In this document: positions 48,232 to 58,834 of the stretch, one piece after another
Position numbering within the stretch: position 1 is the stretch's first letter
Layout of the letters: each line of letters begins with the position of its first letter
Assembly (NCBI GenBank): GCA_963726745.1
Contig: CAVSDR010000003.1
Span: 544,001 to 608,000 of the forward strand
Length of the DNA: 64,000 nt
Direction: 5' to 3'
From: an uncultured Verrucomicrobiae bacterium
GTDB lineage: Bacteria; Verrucomicrobiota; Verrucomicrobiia; Chthoniobacterales; UBA10450
Translations under genes and position numbers: made by a program
The notes under the pieces: generated by a model
What the model was told of the DNA's origin: nothing
Seen by the model: the letters and a program-made list of their open reading frames with translations, nothing else
Database searches by the model: none

Positions 48232-50118
48232 CTAATGCGTCACCGCAGCCGCTTCCGCGTAGGCGCGGCGATCTCCTTCGGTGACCGGCTCGCTTTGCAT
48301 GGTGAAATCATCCGGTCGGCCGGGCAGGCTGTATTCGTAAGGGCCGCGATAGGCCGTCGGCACCACGTCGAAATTTCCGTGCGGCGGCGGCGAGGGCGCG
48401 TCCCACTCGAGGGTCGTCGCCTTCCAGGGATTGATGTCCACCTTCTCGCCCTTCCAGATGCTCCAGAAGAAATTGATGATAAACGGGACCTGCGCCAGAG
48501 CCATCGTCCAGGCCGCAATCGAGATCGGGATGTTCCAGTGGAAACCGGAGAGACCCCAGACCTTCTCGTTCGCCAGGGCCCAGCCTTGTCCGCCGTCGTA
48601 CCAACGGCGGTGCATGCTCAGCATGCCCTGGAGGAACATCGGCAGAAAGATCACGTTCATGCAGATGAGCGACGGCCAGAAATGCACCTTCCCCCAGAAC
48701 TCGTTCATTCGTCGCCCGGTCGCTTTCGGGAACCAGAAGTAGATCCCAGCGAAGAGCGCGAAAATCGTTCCCGGCGCGACGATGTAATGGAAATGCGCGA
48801 TCACGTAATAGGTGTCGTGCAGGTAAAGATCCGACGAATTGAACGCCAGCGGAATGCCGGTCAGACCGCCAATGCCGAACATCGGCAGGAACGCAGTCGC
48901 GAAGAGCATCGGGGTGTTGAAGCGAATCGATCCGCCCCAGAGCGAGATGAAAAAAGCGCTCAGAATAATAACCGACGGGATGGAAATGATCAGCGTGGTC
49001 GTTTGGAAGAACGCACTCACGACTGCGCCCATGCCGGTGAGCCACATGTGGTGCGCCCAGACGATGAAGGAAAGAAAGCCGAGGACGAGCGCGGCGAAGA
49101 CCAGGCTCTTGTAACCCCAGAGCGGCTTGCGGGTGTTGTTCGCAATGATCTCGGCGACGATGCCCATGCCCGGGAGGATGAGCACGTAGACTTCAGGATG
49201 CCCGAGGAACCAGAACAAGTGCTGCCAAAGAATCGGGCTGCCGCCACCGGCAATTGCCAGCGGTGCGCCGTTCACGACCAAGCCCGTCGGCATGAAAAAG
49301 CTCGTCGCCGCCACGCGATCCATCAGCTGCATGACCACCGCCGCCTCCAGCGGCGGGAAAGCAAGCAGGAGCAGGAACGCGGTGATGAACTGCGCCCAGA
49401 CGAAGAACGGCAAGCGCATCCACGTGAGCCCGCGCGCGCGCAGCTGGATAATCGTGGTGATGAAATTCACCGCGCCCAGGAGCGAGGAAGTAATCAGCAA
49501 GATGAAGCCGATCAGCCACAGATTTTGCCCGTTCCAAAACCAATGATATTCCGGACCCTTATCCGCGATCACCGAGAGCGGCGTATAGGAAGTCCAACCG
49601 CCCTTGGCCGCGCCGCCGGGGACAAAGAAGCTCGCGAGCATGACCACCCCGCCGAGGAAAAACGACCAGTAGCTGGCCATGTTGATCTTCGGGAAGGTCA
49701 TGTCCGGCGCGCCGATCTGCAGCGGCACCACGTAATTTCCGAAGGCCGCGAAGGCCACCGGCACGATCCCGAGGAAGATCATGATCGTGCCATGCATCGC
49801 CCCTAACGAGTTATAAAAGTCCGGCGTCATCATCCCGCCGGGCATGCTTTTGGCCCCAAAAACGTTGCCCAGGATATCGCCCAAAATCGGAATCGCTTTG
49901 CCTGGGAAAGCGAGCTGCCAGCGCATCATCATCATCAGGGTGAACCCGAAGAAGAGGAAGATCAGGCCGGTGATGAGATACTGGATCCCGATGATCTTGT
50001 GATCGGTCGAGAAGACCCATTTCCGCCAGAAGCCGAGCTCGTGATGATCGTGTCCGTGGTCGTGCTGCGGGTCGTGGCCCGCATGGGCGTGGGAAGCGAG
50101 ATCAGTGTGGGCGTCCAT
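48232..50118 (-). CDS. coxA: Cytochrome c oxidase subunit I, A1-type
   Basis: TDHK, MHGT, GHPEVY, WAHH, AHFH: all six His ligands present. Confidence 0.96.
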   Translation of the reverse strand: MDAHTDLASHAHAGHDPQHDHGHDHHELGFWRKWVFSTDHKIIGIQYLITGLIFLFFGFTLMMMMRWQLAFPGKAIPILGDILGNVFGAKSMPGGMMTPDFYNSLGAMHGTIMIFLGIVPVAFAAFGNYVVPLQIGAPDMTFPKINMASYWSFFLGGVVMLASFFVPGGAAKGGWTSYTPLSVIADKGPEYHWFWNGQNLWLIGFILLITSSLLGAVNFITTIIQLRARGLTWMRLPFFVWAQFITAFLLLLAFPPLEAAVVMQLMDRVAATSFFMPTGLVVNGAPLAIAGGGSPILWQHLFWFLGHPEVYVLILPGMGIVAEIIANNTRKPLWGYKSLVFAALVLGFLSFIVWAHHMWLTGMGAVVSAFFQTTTLIISIPSVIILSAFFISLWGGSIRFNTPMLFATAFLPMFGIGGLTGIPLAFNSSDLYLHDTYYVIAHFHYIVAPGTIFALFAGIYFWFPKATGRRMNEFWGKVHFWPSLICMNVIFLPMFLQGMLSMHRRWYDGGQGWALANEKVWGLSGFHWNIPISIAAWTMALAQVPFIINFFWSIWKGEKVDINPWKATTLEWDAPSPPPHGNFDVVPTAYRGPYEYSLPGRPDDFTMQSEPVTEGDRRAYAEAAAVTH

Positions 50119-50189
50119 AGGCGAGAGAAGCGAAGCTCGTTTTCGAGGGCGTGGTTTTCAAGAGAAAAGGCGGCGCTTTCACGGCTATT

Positions 50190-51215
50190 TCACGAGCGTG
50201 ACGCGTTGGCGGCGTTTTTGGGCAAAACTTCCGGAACGGTTTCTTCCTCGGCCAGTTGCACCGCGCGAAACCGGCGGAGGGAATGGGTCGCCAAACTCTC
50301 CTCAAAGAGGTCGCGATTGATCGCCTGCGCGGCCGTCGCCCCCTGCCCCGCGGCGATGATCATCTGGCAATTAGCCGGCGTCACGCAGCCGGCGGCGTAG
50401 ACCCCTTTGACGCTCGTGTGCAGGCAATGGTCGACCTCGATCTGGCCATCGGAGTCGAGCTTCGCGCCCAGCGATTCCGCCAGCTCCGTGTGGAAAACAT
50501 CGCCGCGCGTTGTGAAAAGATTGTCGATCTCCACCTTGCGTCCATCGGCGAAGCGCAAGGCAAGGATCTTCCGGTCGCGATGCTCCACATCGGCAATTTT
50601 CTCCCGGTATACCGGGATCTCATACTCCTCGATCCAGGCTGCGTGTTGCGCGCTCCAGCGCGGCTTTTCGCCGTTGGTTGCGATGACTACGCAGGGCGAA
50701 TAAGTCAAAATCCCGAGCGCATACTCGACCGCGTCATCGTTGGCTCCGCAGATGGCGACGTTCTTCCCCTTGACCCGCCAGCCGTCGCAGTCCTTGCAAA
50801 AAAACATGCTGTGTCCCAGGCATTCCTTCACCCCGGGGATGTCCGGCGGGATGTGGAAAATCCCCGTTGCCAGCAGGAGCCGCTTCGCCCGATAGGTCTG
50901 CCGCTTTCCGCGGACGGTGAATTCTCCTTCCTTCGGTTCGATCGCGACAATCTCGTCCTCCGCGAAGCGCACCTCGTGCTGCTCCGCCTGTTCGCGCCCG
51001 CGCTTCAGCAGATCCTCGCCGCCCACGCCACCGGGGAAGCCGAGATAATTCCACACTTCCGGCTCCCACTTTGCCATTGAATGGCCGGAATCGATCACGA
51101 GCGCGGCGCGCCGCGCGCGGCCAAGATAAATCGCCGCCGAGAGGCCGGCAATTCCGCCGCCGATCACGATCACTTCCGGCCGGGCCGGATCCTCCACATC
51201 GTTCGGTCGCATCAT
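50190..51215 (-). CDS. Thioredoxin reductase-like NAD(P)/FAD-dependent oxidoreductase
   Basis: IGGGIAG, LLATG, CKDCDG, GVYAAG. Confidence 0.85.
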   Translation of the reverse strand: MMRPNDVEDPARPEVIVIGGGIAGLSAAIYLGRARRAALVIDSGHSMAKWEPEVWNYLGFPGGVGGEDLLKRGREQAEQHEVRFAEDEIVAIEPKEGEFTVRGKRQTYRAKRLLLATGIFHIPPDIPGVKECLGHSMFFCKDCDGWRVKGKNVAICGANDDAVEYALGILTYSPCVVIATNGEKPRWSAQHAAWIEEYEIPVYREKIADVEHRDRKILALRFADGRKVEIDNLFTTRGDVFHTELAESLGAKLDSDGQIEVDHCLHTSVKGVYAAGCVTPANCQMIIAAGQGATAAQAINRDLFEESLATHSLRRFRAVQLAEEETVPEVLPKNAANASRS

Positions 51216-51346
51216 AAGCTTGCCAGTGATTCGTTTGCCGACGGGATGGTGGCGCGGGAAATCTTTTGCCGCCGGTGGTTGCGCAGCGGCGCGGCGGTGG
51301 TCATCTTCGCCCCGGCGCCGTCTTTTTCCGTCGCTCTTTTTCCCCG

Positions 51347-52813
51347 ATGGCCAGTCCTACTCTCGACCTCCGCCGCTACGCGCTCGACGGATTTTTCGAC
51401 GAGATGTTCGCCGCCCCCGACCGGGTTCATCCGCACTACGAGCAGCTGCGCGAGCGCTTCGAACGCCTGACCGTGGCGGAGCTCGAGCGCCGCCGGCAGA
51501 TGGCCGACGCCTCTTTTCGGAATCAAGGCATCACTTTCACGGTCTATAACGATGATCGCGGGACCGAGCGCATCTTCCCGTTCGATCTCCTCCCGCGCAT
51601 CATCCCCGGGCACGAATGGCGCACGATCGAGCGCGGCCTGACCCAGCGGATTACCGCGCTCAATCTCTTCCTGCACGACATCTACCATGGGCAAAAGATC
51701 ATCCGCGATCGCGTGGTCCCGCGGGAGTTGATCGAGAGCGCGACCCATTTCCGACGCGAGTTCATCGGCTTCGATGTCCCGCGCAACATCTACATCCACG
51801 TTTGCGGCACCGACCTGGTGCGCGACGAGAGCGGCCAATATCTCGTGCTCGAGGACAACGCCCGCTGCCCCAGCGGTGTCTCCTATTTACTCGAGAATCG
51901 CCAGACGCTGAAGCGCGTCTTCCCTTCGCTCTTCAATGCCTACGGCGTGCGCCCGGTGGAGCAATATCCGCAAGAACTGCTCAACCTGCTCAAGTTCATC
52001 GCCCCGCACGCAAAGCCCAACCCCACGGTCGCCCTGCTCACGCCCGGGATTTACAACAGCGCCTACTTCGAACACTCCTTCCTCGCCCGGCAAATGGGGA
52101 TCGAGATCGTGGAAGGCGGCGACCTCGTGGTGCGCGACCAGCATGTCTACATGCGCACGACCAAGGGCCTGCACCTGGTCGACGTGATCTACCGGAGAAT
52201 AGACGACGACTTCCTCGACCCGACCGTTTTCCGAAAGGACTCCGGCCTCGGCGCTGCCGGCCTGGTCGACGCTTATCGCGCGGGCAACGTCTCGTTAGCC
52301 AACAGCATCGGCACCGGCGTGGCGGACGACAAGGTGGTCTACCATCTCGTTCCGCAGATCATCAAATATTACCTCGGCGAGGAGGCGATCCTGCCGAACG
52401 TCCCCACCTACCTGGCAAGCGACGCGCAGGATTTTGCCTACATCATGGAACACTTGCCGGAGCTGGTGGTGAAGGCGGCGAATGAATCCGGCGGCTACGG
52501 CATGCTCATCGGTCCGAAGGCGACCAAGGCCGAGATCGAAGATTTCCGCGACCTGATCCGGGCGAACCCGCGCAATTACATCGCCCAGCCCACGCTCGGC
52601 CTCTCGCGTTCGCCCTGCCTGGTCGATGGCGAACTCCAAGGCCGCCACGTCGACCTGCGGCCTTACGTGCTCTTCGGCGAGCGCGTCTCGATCACTCCCG
52701 GCGCGCTCACACGCGTCGCCCTAACGAAAGGTTCCCTGGTGGTAAACTCCAGCCAGGGCGGCGGAAGCAAGGACACCTGGATTTTGGACGAGGAGGAAAC
52801 GCCCGATGCTTAG
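51347..52813 (+). CDS. Circularly permuted type 2 ATP-grasp protein
   Basis: [60 protein letters not shown]. Confidence 0.92.
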   Translation: MASPTLDLRRYALDGFFDEMFAAPDRVHPHYEQLRERFERLTVAELERRRQMADASFRNQGITFTVYNDDRGTERIFPFDLLPRIIPGHEWRTIERGLTQRITALNLFLHDIYHGQKIIRDRVVPRELIESATHFRREFIGFDVPRNIYIHVCGTDLVRDESGQYLVLEDNARCPSGVSYLLENRQTLKRVFPSLFNAYGVRPVEQYPQELLNLLKFIAPHAKPNPTVALLTPGIYNSAYFEHSFLARQMGIEIVEGGDLVVRDQHVYMRTTKGLHLVDVIYRRIDDDFLDPTVFRKDSGLGAAGLVDAYRAGNVSLANSIGTGVADDKVVYHLVPQIIKYYLGEEAILPNVPTYLASDAQDFAYIMEHLPELVVKAANESGGYGMLIGPKATKAEIEDFRDLIRANPRNYIAQPTLGLSRSPCLVDGELQGRHVDLRPYVLFGERVSITPGALTRVALTKGSLVVNSSQGGGSKDTWILDEEETPDA

Positions 52814-53843
52814 CCGCGTCGCCGAGTGCCTCTACTGGATGAGCCGCTACGTCGAGCGCGCGGAAAACCTCGCGCGCATCGTCGAGGTCAACAGCCAGGT
52901 GATGCTCGACCTGCCCTACGACGATTCACAAAAGCTGGAGCACGATTGGTCGCCCGTGCTCGCCTCGCTGGGCGAAGACGACGACTACGCCACCACCGGG
53001 CGCGACCTCGGGCGAATGAGCGTGACCAATTACCTCGTCTTTGCGCGCGACAATTCGAACTCGATCATCAGCTGCCTCTCGGCCGCACGGGAAAACGCCC
53101 GCACCGTGCGCTCGGAAATATCCACCGAGATGTGGGAGCAAATTAACCGCGCCTACCTCTGGTTTACCTCCGATGAAGCGGGGGCGCTCTTCGGTCGCGA
53201 CCACTACGATTTCTTCCAGCGGCTCAAGGAAACGTCGCAGCTCTTCCAGGGCATCACCGATTCCTCGATGGTCCATGGCGAAGGCTGGGAATTCATCCAG
53301 CTCGGGAAACACATCGAGCGCGCCGACAAAACCTCCCGCGTGCTCGACGAGAAATATCACATCCTGCACAATGCCGAGGACGAGGAGCGCATGGAGACGA
53401 TGGAGTGGAGCGCGGTCCTGCGCAGCTGCAGCGCGCGCCAGGCTTACCAAAAAGTCTACGTGGCCAACGTGAAGGCCGAGTCCGTGACCGAGTTGCTCCT
53501 GCTCAACGCCAGCTTCCCGCGTTCGGTGCGCTATTGCATCGGCGAGATCGATCGCTCCCTGCGCGTCATTTCCGGGGTCAAGCAGCTCCACTTCACGAAC
53601 GCAGCCGAGAAGCTCACCGGCCAGTTACTCAGCGAGCTCTGCTTCAGCGAGATCGAGGATATCTACCAGCGCGGCCTCCATGGCGCGATCGACCGGATCC
53701 AGCTGCAGCTCAACCAAATCGGCGACGCCATTTTCCGCACCTACATCGATCCTGGCCTGGTCACCGAAAGCATCGTGCCGAGCACGATTCACCCCAGCGG
53801 CAGCAGCCAAAGCCAGGGGCAATGGCAGCGGCAAAGCGCCTAA
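52806..53843 (+). CDS. Alpha-E domain protein
   Basis: [36 protein letters not shown]. Confidence 0.92.
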   Translation: MLSRVAECLYWMSRYVERAENLARIVEVNSQVMLDLPYDDSQKLEHDWSPVLASLGEDDDYATTGRDLGRMSVTNYLVFARDNSNSIISCLSAARENARTVRSEISTEMWEQINRAYLWFTSDEAGALFGRDHYDFFQRLKETSQLFQGITDSSMVHGEGWEFIQLGKHIERADKTSRVLDEKYHILHNAEDEERMETMEWSAVLRSCSARQAYQKVYVANVKAESVTELLLLNASFPRSVRYCIGEIDRSLRVISGVKQLHFTNAAEKLTGQLLSELCFSEIEDIYQRGLHGAIDRIQLQLNQIGDAIFRTYIDPGLVTESIVPSTIHPSGSSQSQGQWQRQSA

Positions 53844-53864
53844 CGACACGAAAGAAAATCTCTC

Positions 53865-54668
53865 ATGCTGATCAAAGTCGGTTACGACATTAGTTACGAA
53901 GTCTGGGGCCGCACCCCCATGGTCTTGATGCTCTCGATCCATCCCTCGCTCGACCCGCTGGTGCGCCAGCCGGAGCAGCACCGGATCGAGCCGGAGATCC
54001 CGGTGGAATATTTTACCGACGGCTTCGGGAATCGCTGCGCGCGGATTGTCGCGCCGCCGGGAATCATCCGGCTGACCGGTGAAGCCGTGGTCGAGAACGA
54101 CGGCCTCCCCGACAAAGTCGTGCCCGATGCGATCCAGCATCCGGTGGAAGACTTGCCGGTCGAGACGCTGCAATTTCTCCTCCCCAGTCGCTACTGCGAG
54201 ATGGAGAAGTTGAACAACATCGCCTGGGACCTTTTCGGCGACACGCCACCGGGCTGGCCGCGCGTGCAGGCCATCGTGACCTGGGTGCACCAGCACATCA
54301 CCTTCGGCTATCACTGGGCCCGGGGCGACAAAACCGCGCTCGAAGTTTACCACGAAAAACAGGGCGTCTGCCGCGACTTCATGCATCTCGCGCTCACCTT
54401 TTGCCGGTGCATGAATATCCCCGCGCGCTACGCCACCGGTTACCTCGGCGACTTCGGCGTGCCCGTGACCGGGCCGATGGATTTCAGCGCCTGGTTCGAA
54501 GTTTATCTCGGCGGCCAATGGCACACCTTCGATGCGCGACACGACAAGCGCCGCATCGGCCGCGTGCTCATGGGCACCGGACGCGACGCGATCGACGTCG
54601 CCCTCACGACCACTTTCGGGAAGCACGCGCTGCGCAATTTCACCGTCATCTCCGATGACGTTTCATGA
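53865..54668 (+). CDS. Transglutaminase-like protein
   Basis: DGFGN, PSRYC, GVCRDF, PARYATGY, DFSAWFE, GRDA. Confidence 0.9.
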   Translation: MLIKVGYDISYEVWGRTPMVLMLSIHPSLDPLVRQPEQHRIEPEIPVEYFTDGFGNRCARIVAPPGIIRLTGEAVVENDGLPDKVVPDAIQHPVEDLPVETLQFLLPSRYCEMEKLNNIAWDLFGDTPPGWPRVQAIVTWVHQHITFGYHWARGDKTALEVYHEKQGVCRDFMHLALTFCRCMNIPARYATGYLGDFGVPVTGPMDFSAWFEVYLGGQWHTFDARHDKRRIGRVLMGTGRDAIDVALTTTFGKHALRNFTVISDDVS

Positions 54669-57145
54669 GCGACGCCGCGGTCACCGAGAAGCCTCCGCTG
54701 CCTGAGGGCGAGCTGACCGCAGCCCCGCCGGCGGCGCGCGCGGTCTATGAAAAATTAGCCGACGCCTTGAGCGAGCCCGTGGCGCGGCAGGTCAACGCCA
54801 AGGCCGAGCGCCTGATGCGCGACCTCGGGATCACCTACGACCAATATGGCGAGCAGGCCGGCGACGCGATCGTGCCCTTCGACAGTTTTCCGCGCGTCCT
54901 GGAAACGGCGGAATGGGACCGCCTGACCCGCGGCCTCTCGCAGCGGCTCACAATCTGGAACGCGTTTTTCCGCGACATCTACGACGGCCAGGAAGTGCTC
55001 AAGGCCGGCGTGATTCCCTTCGAGTTCGTCTACGGCGACCCGCATTACCTCCGTGGTTCCGTGGGCGTGAAAGTGCCGGCTAATATCTATGTGCACGTGG
55101 CTGCCTTCGACCTCGCGCGCGACGCTCGCGGCGGCTGGACGGTGATCGACGATTACGTCTCGCGGCCGATGGGCGCGAGCTACGCGCTCCAGGCGCGGGC
55201 CGTTCTCAGCCAGGCGCGCCCGGAGCTTTTCACGCTCGCCGAGGTCGCCTCGGTCAGTGGCTACCCGGCGGAGTTGCTCGCGCTGCTCCGCGGCTGCGCG
55301 CAATCCGGCTCCTCCGAGCCGCGGGTGGTCGCGCTCACCTCGCGCGATGAATCGCATGCCTATTACGAGGACAGTTTTCTCGCGCGGCAAATGGGCATCC
55401 CGCTGGTCGTCGGGAGCGATCTCGTGGTTCTCTACGGGCGCGTTTATTACAAAACCATCGAAGGCCTCGAGCCGATCGATGTGATCTACCGGCGCACCGG
55501 CGACTCCGGGATTGATCCGGTGGCGCACGACAACACCAGCGGCGGCATTCCCGGTCTGATGTCTTGCGTGCGCAAGGGCACCGTCGCAATCGCGAACGCC
55601 ATCGGCACCGGCCTGGGCGACAACCGCGCGCTTGCCGCTTATCTCCCGCGGCTCGCGCGTTTCTATCTCAACCAACCGCTCGAGCTGCCGGTGATCCCGC
55701 GCCTGCTCTGCATCGATCCCGATCAATGCCAGGAAGTGCTGGATGATTTACGCAGCTACTTCATCGCCACGGTCGCGACCGGCCCGGGCCAGCGCGTCTG
55801 GCGCACGGCCGAGATGAGCGACGAGGAAATTGCCACTCTGCACACCGAAATTGCCAGCCATCCCGCGCGCTTCGTGGCCGAGGCGCACGCGCCCGCCAAC
55901 ACCATGCCGACGGCCAACGGCGGCCTGCGCCACGCCGGGCTGCGCGTTTTTACCCTCGGCGGCCGCGCGCTCCCGGAGCATCCATGTGCTCTCACCCGCG
56001 TGGCCGCGGACCCGGATTCGCGCGTCATCTCCACCGGGTTTGGCGGCGGGATCAAGGACACCTGGATCTTGCGCGGCGCGCAACCGGAGAGCCTGCCGGC
56101 TAACGAGTCGTTCTCCATTCAGGGCCGGCGGCTCAGCTTAGGCAGCCGCACGGCGGAAAGTCTCTATTGGATGGGGCGCTACGCCGAGCGCGCGGAAAAC
56201 ACTACCCGCATCGTCAAGGTGCTGCAGACCATCCGCGCGCAAGGCCACGCCCTGGGCGACGACCACAGCTGGAACCCGCTCTGGGAAGCGCTCGCCCGCG
56301 CCACCGGGCACGTGAGTAATTTCTTCAAAAAGTCAGCCGCGAAACAGCGCAGCGTCACCTCTTACCTGCTGCTCGACCGGAGCAATAAAACTTCCGTCAT
56401 CGGCTGCATCGAGCATTGCCGGGCCAATGCCTTGACCACCCGCGAATCGGTCGCGCCGGAAGTCTGGCTCGCGCTCAACCGCACCCGCTCGCTCCTGGTC
56501 GAGCGGCTTGCCCGCCCGGAAGAATCGGCCGACGCGGCCGCGCTCGAAAGCGCCATCGTCCTGGAGGATTCGATCCTCAACCAACTCAACGCCGTCTCCG
56601 GCGCGGTCCAGAAGCACATGCTGCGCGACAACGCCTGGCAGTTTTGGAATCTTGGGGTGCACCTCGAGCGCGCGGTCACGGTCGTGCTCGTGATGCGGCA
56701 GGTCTTCCTCAAGCGCCAAAACGAAGCCCTCCCCGCGCAGCAAATAGACAGCAACCTGGAGGCGCTCCTGCGGATGCTTTCGTCGCTCTACGCCTATCGC
56801 AGTCGCTTCCAGACGCGCCCGACCCTGCGCAATGTCGCGACCATGCTCCTGCAGGATGTACAAGTGCCGTACTCGCTCTTCTTTTGCGTCGAGCGCATCG
56901 ACGCCACGCTCGGCGCGGTTTTCCACGGCTCGACCTCGGACGCAACCAGCCCGGCGCGGCTGGCGGAGCAGTTAAAGTTCGACGCCAAATTTCTCGAGGT
57001 GGATCGCTTCTTCGAGGCCGATGCCAAAGGCGAGCGCGCCGACCTCGGGCGGGTGCTCGAGAGTTTCGAGGATCGCCTGGGCACGCTTTCCACCGCGATC
57101 TCCGATCACTATCTCTACCACCAGGCGATCAATATCCTGCGCTAG
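54665..57145 (+). CDS. Fused circularly permuted ATP-grasp (degenerate) plus alpha-E protein
   Basis: N-part paralogous to 51347..52813 (GITY, DVIYRR, GGGIKDTW); C-part SRTAESLYWMGRYAERAE, LERA. Confidence 0.88.
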   Translation: MSDAAVTEKPPLPEGELTAAPPAARAVYEKLADALSEPVARQVNAKAERLMRDLGITYDQYGEQAGDAIVPFDSFPRVLETAEWDRLTRGLSQRLTIWNAFFRDIYDGQEVLKAGVIPFEFVYGDPHYLRGSVGVKVPANIYVHVAAFDLARDARGGWTVIDDYVSRPMGASYALQARAVLSQARPELFTLAEVASVSGYPAELLALLRGCAQSGSSEPRVVALTSRDESHAYYEDSFLARQMGIPLVVGSDLVVLYGRVYYKTIEGLEPIDVIYRRTGDSGIDPVAHDNTSGGIPGLMSCVRKGTVAIANAIGTGLGDNRALAAYLPRLARFYLNQPLELPVIPRLLCIDPDQCQEVLDDLRSYFIATVATGPGQRVWRTAEMSDEEIATLHTEIASHPARFVAEAHAPANTMPTANGGLRHAGLRVFTLGGRALPEHPCALTRVAADPDSRVISTGFGGGIKDTWILRGAQPESLPANESFSIQGRRLSLGSRTAESLYWMGRYAERAENTTRIVKVLQTIRAQGHALGDDHSWNPLWEALARATGHVSNFFKKSAAKQRSVTSYLLLDRSNKTSVIGCIEHCRANALTTRESVAPEVWLALNRTRSLLVERLARPEESADAAALESAIVLEDSILNQLNAVSGAVQKHMLRDNAWQFWNLGVHLERAVTVVLVMRQVFLKRQNEALPAQQIDSNLEALLRMLSSLYAYRSRFQTRPTLRNVATMLLQDVQVPYSLFFCVERIDATLGAVFHGSTSDATSPARLAEQLKFDAKFLEVDRFFEADAKGERADLGRVLESFEDRLGTLSTAISDHYLYHQAINILR

Positions 57146-57153
57146 AACCTGCC

Positions 57154-58044
57154 GTGTATTTCCACATCGAACACACCACCGAGTACACCTACCCGGAGGC
57201 GGCCACGGAAGCATTCAGCGAGTTGCGCCTGCGCCCGCGCGAGTCCGGCCGGCAATTCGTGACCGAGCACAGCACCTTCATCCAGCCGCAGGTGCCGGTG
57301 GAATCGTACGTCGATTACTTCGGCAACTACGTGGAGACGATCTCGATTCCCTTCCGCCACACGAACCTGCTCGTGCGCTCCGTCTCCGCGGTCGAGACCC
57401 GCGAACAGGTCGACGCGCTCAGCGGCGTGGATCTGTCGATCAGCGAAGCGCGCCAGCTTTACCACCCGCTTCGGCGCGAGCTTTTCGATTTTCTCCAGCC
57501 GTCCCACTTCATCTCCTTCACCACCGAGATCGAGGAAATGGCGCGCGAACTCCTTCCGCCGGGCGCGCCGTTTGCCCAGAGCTTGCAGGATTTAAACAAC
57601 TACATCTTCGAGAACTTTCGCTACGAGCCGGGCGTAACCACTGCGCGCACCACGGTGGCGGAGTTCTTCGAGCACCAACGCGGCGTTTGCCAGGATTTCG
57701 CGCATCTCATGATCAGCGTTTGCCGCTGCGCGGGCTTGCCGGCGCGCTACGTGAGCGGCTATGTCGAAAGCGATCTGCCCTCGGAAAATGGCGAGCCCCC
57801 ACCAGACGCGGCCTTGATCGGGAGCGCCGCGAGCCACGCCTGGGTCGAGGTCTTTTCGCCGAACAATCACTGGGTCGGGATGGACCCGACGAACAACGTT
57901 CTCGAGGGCGAGCGCCACATCCAGATCGGACTCGGGCGCGACTATCACGACGTCCCGCCGCTCTCGGGCGTCTTCAAGGGCCGCAAGCACCAGATCCTGA
58001 AGGTGGGCGTGCGCGTCTTGCGCACCCAGGTGCTGCCGGAATAG
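57154..58044 (+). CDS. Transglutaminase family protein with N-terminal domain
   Basis: HTTEYTY, DYFGN, GVCQDFAH, ARYVSGY, SHAWVE, DPTN, GRDY; start placed at GTG 57154. Confidence 0.9.
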   Translation: MYFHIEHTTEYTYPEAATEAFSELRLRPRESGRQFVTEHSTFIQPQVPVESYVDYFGNYVETISIPFRHTNLLVRSVSAVETREQVDALSGVDLSISEARQLYHPLRRELFDFLQPSHFISFTTEIEEMARELLPPGAPFAQSLQDLNNYIFENFRYEPGVTTARTTVAEFFEHQRGVCQDFAHLMISVCRCAGLPARYVSGYVESDLPSENGEPPPDAALIGSAASHAWVEVFSPNNHWVGMDPTNNVLEGERHIQIGLGRDYHDVPPLSGVFKGRKHQILKVGVRVLRTQVLPE

Positions 58045-58075
58045 CCGGCAGGATCATTGCTGCGCCTAACGAGTG

Positions 58076-58834
58076 CTAAGACTTGGGCGGGGCCGCGGCG
58101 CCGGCAGCCGGAGCCGGCTCAGCCGCGGCGCCACCAGGCAGCATCGCGTCCGCGGGAATCGCGTTCAGCGTGTCCGCATGCAAGGTGGCGTCCTGGCCGG
58201 CCATCTCCTTGCGCAACGCGCCGATGCTTTCCTTCGCGACCGCATCCGCCTTGTTGCTCCAGGCGCTGCGGATGTAGGTGAGCACGTCGGCTATTTTCTG
58301 GTCGTTGAGCGTTTTCTCCCACGCCTGCATGACCGCCGAGCCGTAGGGCTGGCCTTTGACCACGATCGGACCTTCAAGGCCCTTAAGCAGAATCATGCCC
58401 AAGCGACGCGTCCCCCCGGTCACGTATTCCGAACCGTCGAGCGGCGGATATTGTCCGGCAATGCCGAGGCCATTCGCCTGGTGGCAGGTGGCGCAGTTGG
58501 CCATGAAAACTTTCTTGCCGCGATCTGCAGGCGACAACTCCGCTGCCGCGCCGCCGCCCGCGCCTCCGCCGGCCGCGATCTTGGCCTGCGGAGCGTTGCC
58601 GAAATCCAAACTGCTGCCGCTAAACCCGCCGGAGAACCGGCCGAGGTAGGCGCCGCCAAAAAAGACCGCGAGCCCATAAATGCCGATGAGCCAGATGGAG
58701 AGCGGTTCGAGGCCGACGCGCGGCTCGGTCTTCTCCCGTTGGATCGCGGCGTGCACCTGCTGCACGTCTTCGGTTTCGCCGTAGTCCATTCCCTGGCGGC
58801 GAAGTTCTTCGGGTGATGGAGTGCGCTCGTTCAT
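58076..58834 (-). CDS. Membrane-anchored monoheme cytochrome c
   Basis: TM helix, Gly/Ala linker, CATCH, YPPL, axial Met in AVMQAW. Confidence 0.9.
   Translation of the reverse strand: MNERTPSPEELRRQGMDYGETEDVQQVHAAIQREKTEPRVGLEPLSIWLIGIYGLAVFFGGAYLGRFSGGFSGSSLDFGNAPQAKIAAGGGAGGGAAAELSPADRGKKVFMANCATCHQANGLGIAGQYPPLDGSEYVTGGTRRLGMILLKGLEGPIVVKGQPYGSAVMQAWEKTLNDQKIADVLTYIRSAWSNKADAVAKESIGALRKEMAGQDATLHADTLNAIPADAMLPGGAAAEPAPAAGAAAPPKS

Noticed and set aside
48052..49806. Long antisense ORFs (e.g. 48052..49806, 29007..30440, 15439..16776, 35542..36906, 59983..61221)
   Set aside because: Shadow ORFs opposite well-supported genes; expected from high-GC codon bias and lacking recognisable motifs
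51254..51270. Sigma54 promoter for the ATP-grasp cluster
   Set aside because: GG-N10-GC spacing with TTGC exists but the -24 element lacks GGCAC; too weak to call
5979..58073. GCCTAACGAG copies as CRISPR, REP or IS ends
   Set aside because: Only 7-10 bp, non-palindromic, irregularly spaced, mostly inside genes, with no shared flanks or cas/transposase genes
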